The notes beneath the pieces were generated by a model. That model was not told the origin of the DNA and made no database searches. It saw only the letters and a list, made by a program, of their open reading frames with translations. From NCBI GenBank assembly GCA_024704765.1, contig JAKMXF010000221.1, forward strand, positions 62,001 to 126,000: 64,000 nt of DNA, given 5' to 3'. This document shows, in pieces, positions 33,655 to 46,340 of the stretch. The DNA comes from Oopsacas minuta (lineage: Eukaryota; Animalia; Porifera). Made by a program: the position numbers and the translations under genes. Each line of letters opens with the position of its first letter. Within the stretch, counting starts at the first letter, position 1.

Positions 33655-36600
33655 TGTCAGGAAATAATGCGGGCGTTACAGCCCCAATTGTAATCCAACA
33701 ACCACCAGCAGTTGTGGTACAAACTTCCTCAACACATGCTGCATCTAGAGGACAGATGAACTCTTCAACTTATGCTGAAGCGAGCGAGAGCCAGGAAATT
33801 GAATTGAATTGTCGAGAACCTCAGAGTGAGACTCAGGAAACAGATCCAAATCCCCAAGAAGAGGAACAACCACGTGGGGAAATATCTGCGACTCAGCCTC
33901 CACCTTCTAACTTAGTTCCACAAATACTCACTCCACTTCCAAATACTTCCCCGAAAATTAACTCCCCACTCCCTCCTAGTGTAATTTTATCAGAAGAGCG
34001 AACCTCTTCAACGGTTTACCAAACCACAGAACAGAAATCTACACAGTCTCCTAGTGTATCTTGTGCTCAGAACACAGATACAACAGATAGTAAGTCAAAT
34101 AAAGGGGAGGGAGATTGCTGTAGTTTGAGTGAAGAGAATAAACCTATACCTAGTACAGTGGAGAGGAAGATTCTAGTTAGAACAGTGAACACTCCTGTCG
34201 TAAGTAAAACAGCTGAGTCTGTTACTGATAAGAAAGAAACAGTAGAGGTGAGGGCCAAAATTAAAATACAAGCAAACGAATCGTTACTTAGAGAAAATCG
34301 TGCAAAAATCAGAGTCAAAGTTGCTCAGCCTCAATCAAATATTTCCAACGATTCCAGACCGAATTTTACAACTATGACGAGATCTATAATAAGATCTCAA
34401 ACACTAAGCACCATATATCGATCTAGAGCAGCTGTTAACACGAAAGACGGGTTGAATAAGTCTATGGATGATATATTTGAGAGGAGAGAAGATGCTCGGT
34501 TGAAAAGGAGAGCTGAGAGGCAAGCAAAACTTAGGTAAGTATCTCTAGCTGCATTTTTAATAAATACAAATACAAATTAGATAACTACAGTAAACATTGG
34601 ATTTAACTACATCGGGTCTAACGATAAATCGCTTGTGGCGACTAATTTCCTTTCCCAGAAATCCGCAACAGTATAAGATATTACATCAGATATAACGACC
34701 TTTTTAGCCCGCCCAAATGAGTGTCGTTAAATCCAATGTTTACTGTATGACCAACAAGAAAATATTACAATACTTATATAGTTAATCTAGAGTAGAGTTT
34801 CCTCAAATTATCCAATGAGGATTCTAGTCTATATTCGAATATATCTTATACTTATGTTATTAGTTTATCAACTTGGATACGTAATAATGAGAAATATCTT
34901 ATTTCGCTTCAAGTTCAATCTATGAGAGGATCTCCTCTCATAGATTGACCCTATAATTATTCTAATACAAATCTCTATCTAGAATAAGTACATTTTATTA
35001 ATAGACCATGAATTGTATGCTGGCGTATTTATTGGGGTAACATATACTGTAATGATTCTATTGAATTTGAATTACAATATTCAGTATTAGCTTTTTCATT
35101 TGGTATTTTAAGGATTAAAGGTGTGTGTAATTCTAGCTCGTTGCCATTGATAGTGTACCTAATTATTTAGCAACTCATCGTATTATAATATAATTATTCC
35201 TTCAATTATTCTACTTGTTTGATAATGTACTTTAAAATATTTCTTATCTAATCTTGTAGAGCTGAAGCAATGAATAATCCTCCCATCCTTCCACATCCCC
35301 CTAGTCCTACCACACAACATATGACTTCAGCTAAAACAATGATGTCATCTTTGGAAGTGAGAGGGCTCATCAGACCTGAAGTATCTTTAATTCAGAAAAG
35401 AGTACAAGATGCTCCAAAAACCACACCCATTCCCTCTCCATCTAATCCCCCTCCCTCTACAGGGGGAGACACACCCCAATCTGACTCCCATTCAGGATTC
35501 ATGAAACTAGAATCACCTTCGATAACAATGAAACCTGGCTCATTCATGCATTACCATGAAGACATGTCTCCGCAAGAGTCTGTTTCTAGAGTAAGTAATG
35601 TTGAGCAAATAGACGAACTTGAAAATGAAATTATTGATTTGTCGGATTCTTCTGATGCTGAGGCTATGGAAGAGACAACTCAAGATACCCCTGAAGAATC
35701 TGATAAAATGGATGCTGAGAAGAGTTCTTACAGAGATACAAGTCCTTCTCTGAGCAGCAGGACTGCTACAGCTACTCCCAGTCGTTCCTCCTCCTATACA
35801 GCCTCAAGGGGTTCAAGATCTGGATCCTGGACTAAATCGAGCACTCTATCTAAGAGGTTAGTACTATTGTTAATAATTCGTTCATTACAATACTGTTATA
35901 ATATATAAATGTTATATTAAGAAATTCAATGAACCATTGGTTCTCAAACCATCTCTCTAACCATCTCACTCAGTGCATTCAGATATTCATCGTTTTCTTC
36001 TGGGAAAACCTCCTTAACTGCAACTACCAACTTCTCCAGGTACTCCCTGTTGGTCCCACTGTGTCCACTTGATTTGGTTATAACCTCTGCAGTATGTTGT
36101 ATCTCTTCGTAACTAAGAAACTCTGGATTATTCTCAGTACCCATATAACATTGTGCTTTGATCTCTTCTCCACTCTCTGAATAGAATGATACTCCCACCA
36201 ATTCGTATCCACACTTCTCTCTAACCGCTAGATCAGCAAACACCTTTTTCTTTGTGTTTCCACTTATCTCGAAAGCATACCCCCAGACCTCCCCTCCCTC
36301 TGATTTAACTAATGTAGCAACACGCCCTGGTGCTCCTGGAACCCCTCTGTGATCAGTTGATTCCTGCCAAAACCTCCTCATGTATCCTCTCACCTTACCT
36401 CTCTTCTTTTGTAAGTACTCAATGTTTGGTTTCCATATAAGTGATGCATACCCGAATATCCATATTGAATCTTCACTCGCCATCTAATTCTGCTATCAAT
36501 TGTGTAGTGGTAGTATGCTCGTAAAATTTTTATTTATATAAAAAAATCTCTTATTTCTATAAGTTCTGGATATAATATTGTAGTGTTATGAACCTTATAA

Positions 36601-37761
36601 CACAGCTTTATTGTACTCCTACATGTGTGGTAGATACTGACAGTATAACAGAGTAGTTATACTGTTCGTTCCCTCCCCTATATAATACACTTAATTATCT
36701 TAATACTAATTTACGTATACTATTTTATACTAGGTCTCGTTCACGATCTCGTTCTCATAACACTACCAGTTCATCCACTACACCTACGAGGGGAAGGAAG
36801 TCTAGACGGACGAGACACAGACACAGCCCAAGTTCCCCTTCCATGCAGTCTCAATCTTTATCCCGGTCTCCCACCCCTATGCCCTCTCAGAATCCCAGAT
36901 ACAGTAGAAAGAAGAGAAAAGGGAAACTCTCTTCAGACTCACCTGTCCCTAGGAAATACAAAAACTCATCTACAGGTATTATATATTGCACACTCTTTCT
37001 GACTATTTGTATCAAAATAGATGTGAATTCATATCCACTATTGAACTTGATTCTATGAATATTAGTATTCATTGTGTCATATTATATTGTTAGATGACTA
37101 TGACCCAGATTATGCTGCGTTTACAGAGGTGCCCCCTGAAATCCGTAATACTGAGGCATTCTGTTACTTCGGGAACCCTCCCCCTAAAGATCGGGAACGT
37201 ACACCCCAGTCTTACGCCGCTTCACGTCCTTACCCGGACCGAGAACGGGATAGAGACCGGTATGTGCAGCAGCCACGCCCCAACAGCTCCCGCTACCCCC
37301 GTACAAACTTCCAACCTTCTCACAGTACACATGGACATAATTTATATGAGCACAATAGTCCGAGGAATCACAATTCCTATCGAGGCTCTAGTACACAGGG
37401 CGGCGGCACAAACAGGAATAGATACAACTATTCAGGAAGCTATAGTACCTCTCCTCACCACAACTATAACAACTATCCACCTCACAAGAGCAATTACAAT
37501 TACAATTACAATAACTATCCTCAACAGAGACAACCTTACAGCAACAACTATCCTCACCAGAGAGGAGGCTACAACAATCATCAACCACAGAGAAGCAGTT
37601 ACACGCCCACTCATCCCAGACCAGGCTACAATCAATACCATCAGAAGGAGAGCTATTCAGCGAAGAGATCTTCCAAACACGAAGGGAATTCTGGAAAGCC
37701 TGAGAAGAACGAAAACGCTGGGTTCGGCGCATTCTACAGGAAAGATGACGATGAATGGTGA
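33655..37761 (+). CDS. Unknown ~800-aa low-complexity Ser/Arg/Pro-rich protein; exons 33655-34534, 35260-35856, 36734-36975, 37094-37761
   Basis: All three introns are GT-AG with matching phases (2, 2, 1). Junctions read KLR|AEAM, SKR|SRSRSRS and STD|DYDPDY. It has an RS tract and an N/Y/Q-rich C-terminus. Confidence 0.72.
34588..34745. mobile_element. Tc1/mariner (pogo/Tigger-like) MITE, 158 bp, intronic
   Basis: Perfect 20-bp TIR CAGTAAACATTGGATTTAAC flanked by a TA TSD. Confidence 0.9.
35944..36483 (-). CDS. CHAC2: ChaC glutathione-specific gamma-glutamylcyclotransferase, intronless
   Basis: WIFGYASLIWKP, RRFWQESTDHRGVPGAPGRVATL, VREKCGY, GHSGTNREYL. CHAC1 vs CHAC2 is uncertain. Confidence 0.95.
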   Translation of the reverse strand: MASEDSIWIFGYASLIWKPNIEYLQKKRGKVRGYMRRFWQESTDHRGVPGAPGRVATLVKSEGGEVWGYAFEISGNTKKKVFADLAVREKCGYELVGVSFYSESGEEIKAQCYMGTENNPEFLSYEEIQHTAEVITKSSGHSGTNREYLEKLVVAVKEVFPEENDEYLNALSEMVREMV

Positions 37762-37919
37762 GTATTGGTCAGTGGAGGAGAGGCCAAAGGCGCTTACCGC
37801 TGAGTGTCGGAGGCCATACTTCCATGGCGTTATTCATAGAACTGAATCATGTATGGCAATATACGTATATTTCCAATTGTTAATATTATATGAATTTAGA
37901 AGAGTTCACTTTTAATTGG

Positions 37920-39367
37920 CTAGATTAATTTCGTCTCTGTCGCTGCCACAACCTGCCACAATCTGATAGTCCTGTCATCAGAGCATGAGGCTAATACACC
38001 TGCTTGCTTTGGGTTCCAACTCACACAGTTGACATCCTTTTCGTGAGCCTGAGCATGTACTACACTTAAACTTAATCCATCTGTATCATCTAATGTGTAC
38101 ACTCGTATTACGTCATCTTCACAGCCTGTTGCTACCATACCGCTGTTCTTGCACCAGTCTACACTGTAGATAACTCTAGGGTGATCTCCTGATACAGTCA
38201 GCATACATTTCCATACTCCTGTCTTCTTCATAGGGCCATCTAGCTCCCAGACCTTCAACGACTGATCTGCACTACATGATATCAATCGTCTCCCTACAAA
38301 TATTATACATTGTTACAAACAGACACATACTTTACTTCGGTATACCTGTTGCATTGAAAGATATCGCCCACACGGTATTATCGTGTCCCGTTAGTGACTG
38401 GTGTAGAGTCCAATCATCATCATCCTGACAATACAGATTGATTTTGTTGTCGTAACTAGCTGATACCAACAGCTCCATACTCGGGTGCCATAGAACTTGC
38501 TTTACGTCTTGACTGTGATGTGTAAGAATACCGGAACACTCATATTCACTACCATCTTCACTTGCCTGATTAAAGTGGACAATTTTTATACGAATTATTT
38601 CTATATTCTAATAATTACTTATAAAACTTTCTACGATTCAAATCTCCATGATTTCTTTTTTGGCTACCTGGTCATTTGTAAAACATAAATTGAGATTTGA
38701 TTCGTAATATTTTTTACGAATTACGTGATTATCTGAATGAACTCACCTCCCACACCCAAACAGATTTGTCTCTACTGCAAGTAGCTAGGTATTCTCCACA
38801 AGCAGACCATCTAGCCCATTTCACTTCATTCTCATGACCTTCTAAGGTAATCATTGATTCAAATTCTCCACTCTTACTGCGATCCCAAATACAGCAAGTA
38901 CCATCAAAACTACAGCTAATAAGAAGATTGCCACAAGGAGAGAATGAAACTGAGCGAATAGTACGATTATGCTCCCCACTAAGAACGTTTCTACACACCT
39001 AAATAACAACAAACAGAATTGTCACAAGCTACTTCGAAGAAATTAATTATCATTAACAATTATATTATTCAGAAATAATTAATTTTTGCAATTTACAACT
39101 TGTTATAGATTAATATTTGTATTTCATAAATGTATTAATTCTATACAAAATAATATCTAATTGTGTTAACTTTACCATCTTTCCGTCTTCCTTAGCCCAT
39201 ATCCTTACAGTCTTGTCAGCTCCACAGCTAGCAAGTATGTTACCTTTAGGGCTCCAAACTACGCACCAAACTCTGTCTTCATGTCCCAACAGAGTTTGTT
39301 CGTGTTGTAGCTTTAGGGTCTGTGTACTGGAGAACTGTATACTCTCTCCTGCACTTGCAGTAGCCAT
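37920..39367 (-). CDS. CIAO1: Cytosolic iron-sulfur assembly WD40 protein, multi-exon
   Basis: [79 protein letters not shown]. Confidence 0.96.
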
Positions 39368-39739
39368 TGTGATAATTATAGAAATCTTTAGAAGTTAGAT
39401 TATCACTTGCTCGGTATATCACTAATAGTAATGCTAGAATTATAAAGATATAATAGCATCTTCAAACTTCTAATATCATCTTGCATCACTAACAACATGT
39501 AAGACAGTATATATTGTGCTATTAGGATGAAATATACTCACATGCCTGAGATTATAATAATAATTCTATTATAATTCACACCAGGTGTGCTATAGGTCAT
39601 ATTTCAATATATCTAGCAGATAATAAGATTATTATTTATTAATATTTACGTATGTTGCATTAATTCATTAGGAAATTATGGTATATCTGCATTTCATACA
39701 CATTTCTGACTAGAAGTAAAACTGAATTATTCTTTTAGG

Positions 39740-40060
39740 GCAGCAGAGAATCGCCGCTTACAGAGAGATGAATCTCCTTCTACGAATCGACAAGTTTCAG
39801 CTCGCTTAGCAGGTAGACTTGGTCCTCTCCCCTCCATCCATAATAAGAACGCGTCTATGAATTGGAAAGGGGAGACTAGTCGAGGTGGTACCAAACTAGA
39901 TAGAAATGTCTACAGAAAATGGCCTACACGTCCATATAACAACAGTGATGATGAATATAAACTAAACCTAAAGATTAAAGATATTATAGCTAAAAATGAA
40001 CAGATACTGCGGAGAAAGATCGAATTAGAAGAGGATAAAATGATCCATGGTTTATCGTGA
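39740..40060 (+). CDS. Small hypothetical protein or terminal exon with a C-terminal coiled coil
   Basis: Open frame from acceptor TTTTAG (39738) to TGA at 40060; first in-frame Met at 39857. The C-terminus LNLKIKDIIAKNEQILRRKIELEEDK resembles the CCDC9 motif. Confidence 0.4.
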   Translation, partial: AAENRRLQRDESPSTNRQVSARLAGRLGPLPSIHNKNASMNWKGETSRGGTKLDRNVYRKWPTRPYNNSDDEYKLNLKIKDIIAKNEQILRRKIELEEDKMIHGLS

Positions 40061-41233
40061 CTGAATCTAGTTATTCCAGTTTGCCTCGTCGTGCAAACTA
40101 CACTTACTTAGACAATGTGTATTCGAGCACGTTATCTTGTCTAAATATTAATATTTCTGTTCCCTCCCTCTAGTATACAGACCTCACTATAGCAGGGGCA
40201 CCCTGCTGCTGAGGTTATATTATAGAGTTGGGAGTAGGAATTCTAAGTAATCAGTTATTCTTATTTGCTTCAATATTAGTGTATAAACTTTGATTGAATA
40301 ATTAATAATTATCATATAGTATATAATAGATACGACGTAAAGGTATTATTTAGGAAAATAATCATGTCTATCGAATCTCCAATATAATTACGCGTAGCTG
40401 TTATTACTTTTATTGCGAACTGTTGCATGCTACACATGATTATCATGAAAGTAATGCGTGACTATATTGACTGCTATTTAGCATCAGGCTGAGGGGCGCA
40501 GAACTTTTAACAGCTTGAAAGATCCAGTGGATCACGCTCACCAATATACTTTGTATTAGCACTATGGGTTGTAACCAAGCAGGGCTCGAGCTCAAAAGGT
40601 TCGCCACGTTTTAACTTTGGTTCAAATCCGCAGAATTTCTTCTGTGAACAAGTTTAGAAACTTGTTTCAGCTCCAACTCCCGTAACACAATTGGATACTG
40701 CACGAATATTGTAACGATTGCCTTGTCATTATTCCACCGAACTCTCGTCATGACGGAGTGCTCGGATCGCGGTTTCATTTCGTTATTAGCGGTATTTCGT
40801 AGTTAGCGGAGTAAATCAATTACTTTTAAAGAAATCCATCAGGTCACCGTTAAGCTATATATATGGGGTAAGGAATCACTTCGTGATATCCGATTTGGTT
40901 ATAATTGGAGTGCACTATAGCCAATGTAGTTCAAAATTCAAAATATGGTCTAAGTCAGTCGAGTTTATGAATACTAATTCTTGAAATAATATAATTTAAA
41001 CGCCGCCTGCCTGTTTGCATCTTTAGCTTGTGATATCGTGGGGCTGACCAACTCATTTGGCAATGTACTTAACCATCATACGTAATTACTATTATAGGGT
41101 ATCATTATCCTTGTAAGATCATTTACAAGTAGTGTTAGGTAACACAATACAAATATACACAATCTGTGGTGGGTATAAATACAGCTAATAGTCTACTAGC
41201 AGTTTATATTATAACAATTTCTGATTCAGTATA

Positions 41234-43430
41234 ATGGCTAGTAAAGAAAAAAGAGATTCAGTGGATCATCAAACAGTGATGGCCACTAACGTTATGTTCC
41301 AACCCGGACACGTGACAAGAGGGATGAGGTCTATGACATTTGGACATCGTGGGAAGTTCACAGGTTGTACAGTTTGGTTCACGGGTCTGTCCGGATCGGG
41401 AAAAACAACAATCTCGTTCGCTGTTGAGAATTTACTTTGTTCTCAAGGCCTCCCTTCCTATGGCCTAGATGGAGACAACATAAGGACAGGGCTGAATAAG
41501 AATCTAGGATTCTCACCAAACGACAGAGAGGAAAACATCAGGAGAATATCAGAGGTATAACTATAATTATTTATATTCTATAAACTATTGTATTATATGT
41601 CTATTACTACAGGTTTCTAAACTATTTGCAGACTCTGGTATGGTGTGTCTAGCTAGCTTCATAAGTCCCTATGCTAAGGACAGAGAGAGAGCAAGAGAAA
41701 TCCATGTAGAATCTGGACTCAAGTTTTTTGAGGTATACCTCTCCACTCCACTTGAGGTAAGATATGCTATAGTATTAGCTGAGAATAGTATGAATTATGA
41801 TTATCATATTACAGGTTTGTGAGAACAGAGACGTGAAAGGCTTGTACAAGAAAGCTCGTGACGGACAAATCAAAGGATTCACTGGAATAGATTCTGCTTA
41901 TGAACCTCCCTCCAACCCTTCTCTGGTGCTAGATACTAGCAAATTTACTGTCCCTGAATGTGTAGAGAAGATAATCGACCTACTGACTGCTAATGACGTA
42001 ATACCTGGTCAGGCGGTTGAAGCTGTGAAGGAACTATTTGTAGATGTAGAAGAGAAAGATAAGCTGATGAAAGCAGCTGATAACATGCACAGAGTTGATA
42101 TTAGCACTCTTGATATGCAATGGTTACAGGTAACATCTTGCCTATTGAATTAATACAAATTATGAAACAATTGACTAACTAATACTCTAAATAGGTGCTA
42201 TCTGAAGGCTGGGCTAGTCCACTGACTGGGTTCATGACAGAGGATCAATATCTACAAACTCTACACTTCAATAACCTCCTAGGACAAGGCTTCTATTCAC
42301 AATCTATTCCCATTGTGTTGCCAATCAGTAGCGAGATTAAACAGACTCTTGCAGAGAAGGAAATCAATGAAGTATCGCTCTACTATCAAGACAAGCTAGT
42401 AGCGTATATGACAGATATTGATGTGTTCCCTCATCGTAAAGAGGAGAGATGTGCACGACAGTTCGGAACCACTAACAAAGGACATCCATACATTGAAATG
42501 ATTGAGAAGTCTGGTGATTGGTTGATAGGAGGAGAACTACATGTAAGTATTTCTATTTCTATTTCTATTACTATTACTATCATATACTAGATATTGATAT
42601 CCATGGTTCTGGTAGGTATTTGAACGTGTGTGTTGGGGAGACGGTCTTGATGAGTACCGCAAGAAGCCAAATGAACTTAAGGCTAAGTTCAAGGAGATGG
42701 AAGCAGACACAGTGTTTGCCTTCCAACTGAGAAATCCTATTCATAACGGACATGCTTGTTTAATGGATGACACTAAGCAACAGCTGTTACAGAAGGGCTA
42801 TAAGAAACCTGTATTACTATTACATCCACTAGGTCAGTGTACTATACGTAGATATGATATAAAATAATTGCTTTAAATTATAATGTATTAATTCCTATAG
42901 GCGGCTGGACTAAGTCTGATGACGTACCTCTACCAGTGCGTATTGAGCAACATCTAGCAGTCCTGAAGGAAGGTATATTGGATCCAGCAACTACTGTGCT
43001 TGCTATATTCCCCTCTCCCATGATGTATGCTGGACCCACTGAAGTACAATGGCATGCTAAAGCTAGAGTAGCTGCTGGAGCAAAGTTCTATATAGTAGGG
43101 CGTGATCCAGCTGGGATGCCTCATCCAGACGGTTCTGGAGATTTGTATGACCCTACCCATGGTCGCAGGGTGTTGAAACTATCCCCTGGCCTCACACAAC
43201 TAGAGATCGTTCCATTTAAGGTAGCAGCCTACAACAAGATTCAAAAACAGATGGCATTCTTTGATCCTAAACGAGCTGACGAATTTGAGTTCATTTCCGG
43301 TACAAAGATGCGAGCTTTAGCTAGGAATGGAGAGAACCCTCCAGATGGTTTCATGGCTCCTTCTGCTTGGAAAATAATGGTTGAGCATTATCGGAGTTTA
43401 AAATCTGGTAGTGCTGAGCATGAGAAGTGA
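41234..43430 (+). CDS. PAPSS1: Bifunctional PAPS synthase (APS kinase + ATP sulfurylase), multi-exon
   Basis: [67 protein letters not shown]. The paralog number is nominal. Confidence 0.98.
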
Positions 43431-43747
43431 GATTATGACCAGCGATAACCTATTAGACAGAATTAGAAATTATACCTTTTTTCTTATTTGCAACTAGGAC
43501 TAATGCAAACTTCTCAGTTTTACTTTCCGTTAGGAAATTCAAGTTTATTCTATGAATGAATACTATTTACTTCTCCTTCCTTCTAGCTATTTTATTCTCG
43601 ATAGGATTCTGTATGAATTGTATACGTTATTATCTTCATGATTATATTCATCATATCTTGAGTTCATAATTCGAATGTGGATTATATTTAATGAAGATGA
43701 TAGCTGATTATTTGCTTAATTACAGGACATAGCACTGTAAACAAACT

Positions 43748-44083
43748 ATGTCTAGACAATCCGGATTGATCCGCTATATAAGGAACTTTCTCTCCGGAAG
43801 AGATCTGAATCTTGATACTCATCATCGTGAAATAAAGTCTCAATCTTCTCGTTCCATACCTGCACCCTATCTCCCTTCAGGTCCCGCACATAAGCTGGCA
43901 GATAATTACTATTACACCCGTGACCTTAGAAGGGAAGTAGGACCTCCTGTCATCATTAGTACTTCCGCTATGCTTCTGGAATCTGAAAGCTCTGAGACTA
44001 AGGCTCTAGACAGGTCACAGGCTCCACCTGTGCCTGGTACCGGACACGATTGGGAAGAGATTATGGACGAATATATCTCGTAA
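43748..44083 (+). CDS. NDUFA7: Complex I subunit NDUFA7 (B14.5a)
   Basis: LIRYIRNFLSGRD...LPSGPAHKLADNYYYTRDLRREVGPP. Confidence 0.93.
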   Translation: MSRQSGLIRYIRNFLSGRDLNLDTHHREIKSQSSRSIPAPYLPSGPAHKLADNYYYTRDLRREVGPPVIISTSAMLLESESSETKALDRSQAPPVPGTGHDWEEIMDEYIS

Positions 44084-44351
44084 ATAACTGTATTGATTTT
44101 CTACACTCATTATGAAACTGTAAATCAATTATTAAACTCATGGACTAAATGATATATCCTTTAATAAAATACACTTATTGCTTCTTATGCAGAAGAATAT
44201 CTCGATCATGAAATTATCGGATCCAAAGGATGATTGAGAGTTAATTAATATGGTCACGTATACACTATACAGTGAGTATATCAGTTAGTATCTTATTACA
44301 TTTAATACACACGTGAATAGCTTGGCATGTGCCGCCTCCCTTTTTACTAGT

Positions 44352-44594
44352 ATGGACAGATCGATATCAGAAAAGAAAGGAAAAGTAGAACTATTCTCCT
44401 CAGCTAACTCCATAAGCTTCATAAAAGGGTTTCTATCAGGATTCGTATTCGCTAACTTGAGTAAGTCACTTGTCATCGGGTTTGTTATTGGGTCAGCTGC
44501 TGGAATATTTTTAGAACAACAGACTCCTAGAACTTTTCCAGACGTGAGAGACTATATAAAGGATTTGCGAGCACGATTATCTAAGAAAGATTAA
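44352..44594 (+). CDS. 80-aa membrane microprotein similar to the SLC35A4 upstream-ORF protein (STMP1/DUF4535-like family)
   Basis: FIKGFLSGFVFANLSKSLVIGFVIGSAAGIFLEQ...PDVRDY aligns with the recalled human SLC35A4-uORF protein FLKGFLAGYVVAKLRASAVLGFAVGTCTGIYAAQ...PNVEKTLRDY. Confidence 0.75.
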   Translation: MDRSISEKKGKVELFSSANSISFIKGFLSGFVFANLSKSLVIGFVIGSAAGIFLEQQTPRTFPDVRDYIKDLRARLSKKD

Positions 44595-45702
44595 TGCAAG
44601 CTATCACAGCATTCGTTTCTACTTTTACAACAGGATTGATAGATTCAATAAAGGGGGTATCTCTATTCATTATACTAATTAGGAAAAATGGCGAGCTTCA
44701 AAACTCATTCCGTAAATCCGTAGTTCTTAACATATTCGTATTGGCATTCAGTGTCCTTACAATTGAATACATTATATTTCCATTATTTTCTCTGTTACTC
44801 TCTCTCGTGTCCTCACTTCTCTTCCCAGACACAGCCAAGCAAAATCTCGAAATGGTTACCATGGTAACAACGGTGGTATGGTATATAATAAATGGTTTAT
44901 GGGTGCTTCCTCTGCTTTGGATAAGTAAGATAATTAATATACTCACATTCCAGAAGATGGCAGTTGCTGCCTACAAGACTTCTTTTCCAGTTAACAAACA
45001 ATCCCGCAGTCCCAACCACAATCTCAATATTTCTCTTAAAAGTGAGTTATTTGCATTATAAGAAAATGAATTTTGTGATTTATTTTATTTCTTATATTTG
45101 CGTTTATAGCTCAGATCTCTCGCGTGCTAGCTGATGGTATATTCAGAATGGTGATAGAACTTCTGTTCATGTTACAATCCCTCTGTATTTCATTCATCCC
45201 TGTAGTTGGATCTATTGTGTATCTGCTCCACCTATCTTTACTAAACGCACTCTATGCATTTGAATACAAATGGATGCATCAAGGAATTGAAACTAAAGCA
45301 ATGCTCAGATACATACAATGTGGTAAGAGTAGGATTTAGAATTTTGACTGCGGATAGTATATATATATATATATATATTTGATTCTTAATACCTGTTTAG
45401 GTTGGCCTTACTTCATTGGCTATGCTTCCATCCTAACACTAGCTACTTATATTCCAGCCTCTTTTGTTCTGAGTGCTTGTATCTATTCAGCTTTTTTCCC
45501 TCTCTACATTGTAAGTGCATATCCTGCTAAGGTTAAGCTGTCTCATCATGCTATCCCACAACTGCGAATATTCACACTATCGAGTATGGTAGCTGATAAG
45601 TTGTTTGTTAAATCTACACGGAGTCCTACGATAGATCGTCGATCAGCTGTCAAAGATGTCACCCAATCCATTTCTGAGAGTTTGACAAATACAACAGACT
45701 AA
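44594..45702 (+). CDS. EI24: EI24 autophagy-associated ER transmembrane protein, three exons
   Basis: GLIDSIKG, WVLPLLWISKIIN..FQKMA..AY, LLHLSLLNALYAFEYKW, GWPYFIGY, LFPL-like motif (FFPLYIVSA). Confidence 0.9.
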
Positions 45703-45836
45703 TAATAATAATTTTAATTATCGTGTGATGTGTTTCAATACGGTAGTGTGTTCAATAAAGATATTAATTATAAATAGCACTATTTCTCCGAATAAACCCT
45801 TATAGCTGTATAGATATATACTTGTTAGTATAGGGC

Positions 45837-46340
45837 ATGTCTCTACGAATGCCATCGAGAGGTGGGGTGAGAGGCGGGAAGGATCAGTTTGATTGGGAGG
45901 ATGTCAAAGCTGATAAATATCGCGAAAACTATCTTGGCCATTCTCTCAAAGCGCCTATTGGTCACGTGCATAAGGTTCGTGAACAGAACTGGTACATGAA
46001 GGATGGTACAGGTGATCAGCAGAAGGAACTGAATGAAGAAGTACGGATGATTAAAGAGATGGAGTCACGGGGGATGGCTATAGCTCTAGGACAAGAAGAC
46101 ACTAATATAAGGGATATGGAAGAGAAGGGAGAGAGCGTGTCTCTATCTGATAAAATGGTTAAGGAAATATTAGGCGTTAGTAGCAGCGGGAAAGATATAA
46201 AAATTAAGAAAAAGAGTAAGAAAATAAAACGGGAAAAGAAAGAAAAGAAAAGAGAGAAGAATGAAAAATCAAAACACAGTAATGAATTGAAAATATCTAC
46301 AAATGGACTGACGAATAAATCTAAGCACAAACAGAAATAA
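45837..46340 (+). CDS. MMTAG2: MMTAG2 / C1orf35 homolog
   Basis: PSRGGVRGGKDQFDWEDVKADKYRENYLGHSLKAPIG, followed by a Lys-rich tail. Confidence 0.93.
   Translation: MSLRMPSRGGVRGGKDQFDWEDVKADKYRENYLGHSLKAPIGHVHKVREQNWYMKDGTGDQQKELNEEVRMIKEMESRGMAIALGQEDTNIRDMEEKGESVSLSDKMVKEILGVSSSGKDIKIKKKSKKIKREKKEKKREKNEKSKHSNELKISTNGLTNKSKHKQK

Noticed and set aside
37094-37915. 273-aa alternative-frame ORF starting exactly at the acceptor (AG|ATG)
   Set aside because: Its Thr/Ile-rich composition is what the shifted frame of AAC/TAC-rich codons produces, and it has no recognisable motif. Only Ribo-seq could rescue it.
40582-40635. tRNA or tRNA-derived SINE (GGTTCAAATCC B-box-like)
   Set aside because: I could not build a cloverleaf or find a convincing A-box. 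tRNAscan-SE would settle it.
45358-45378. (TA)n tract in an EI24 intron, and a (TATT[T/A]C)n tract near 42547-42580 in a PAPSS intron
   Set aside because: Ordinary intronic microsatellites.
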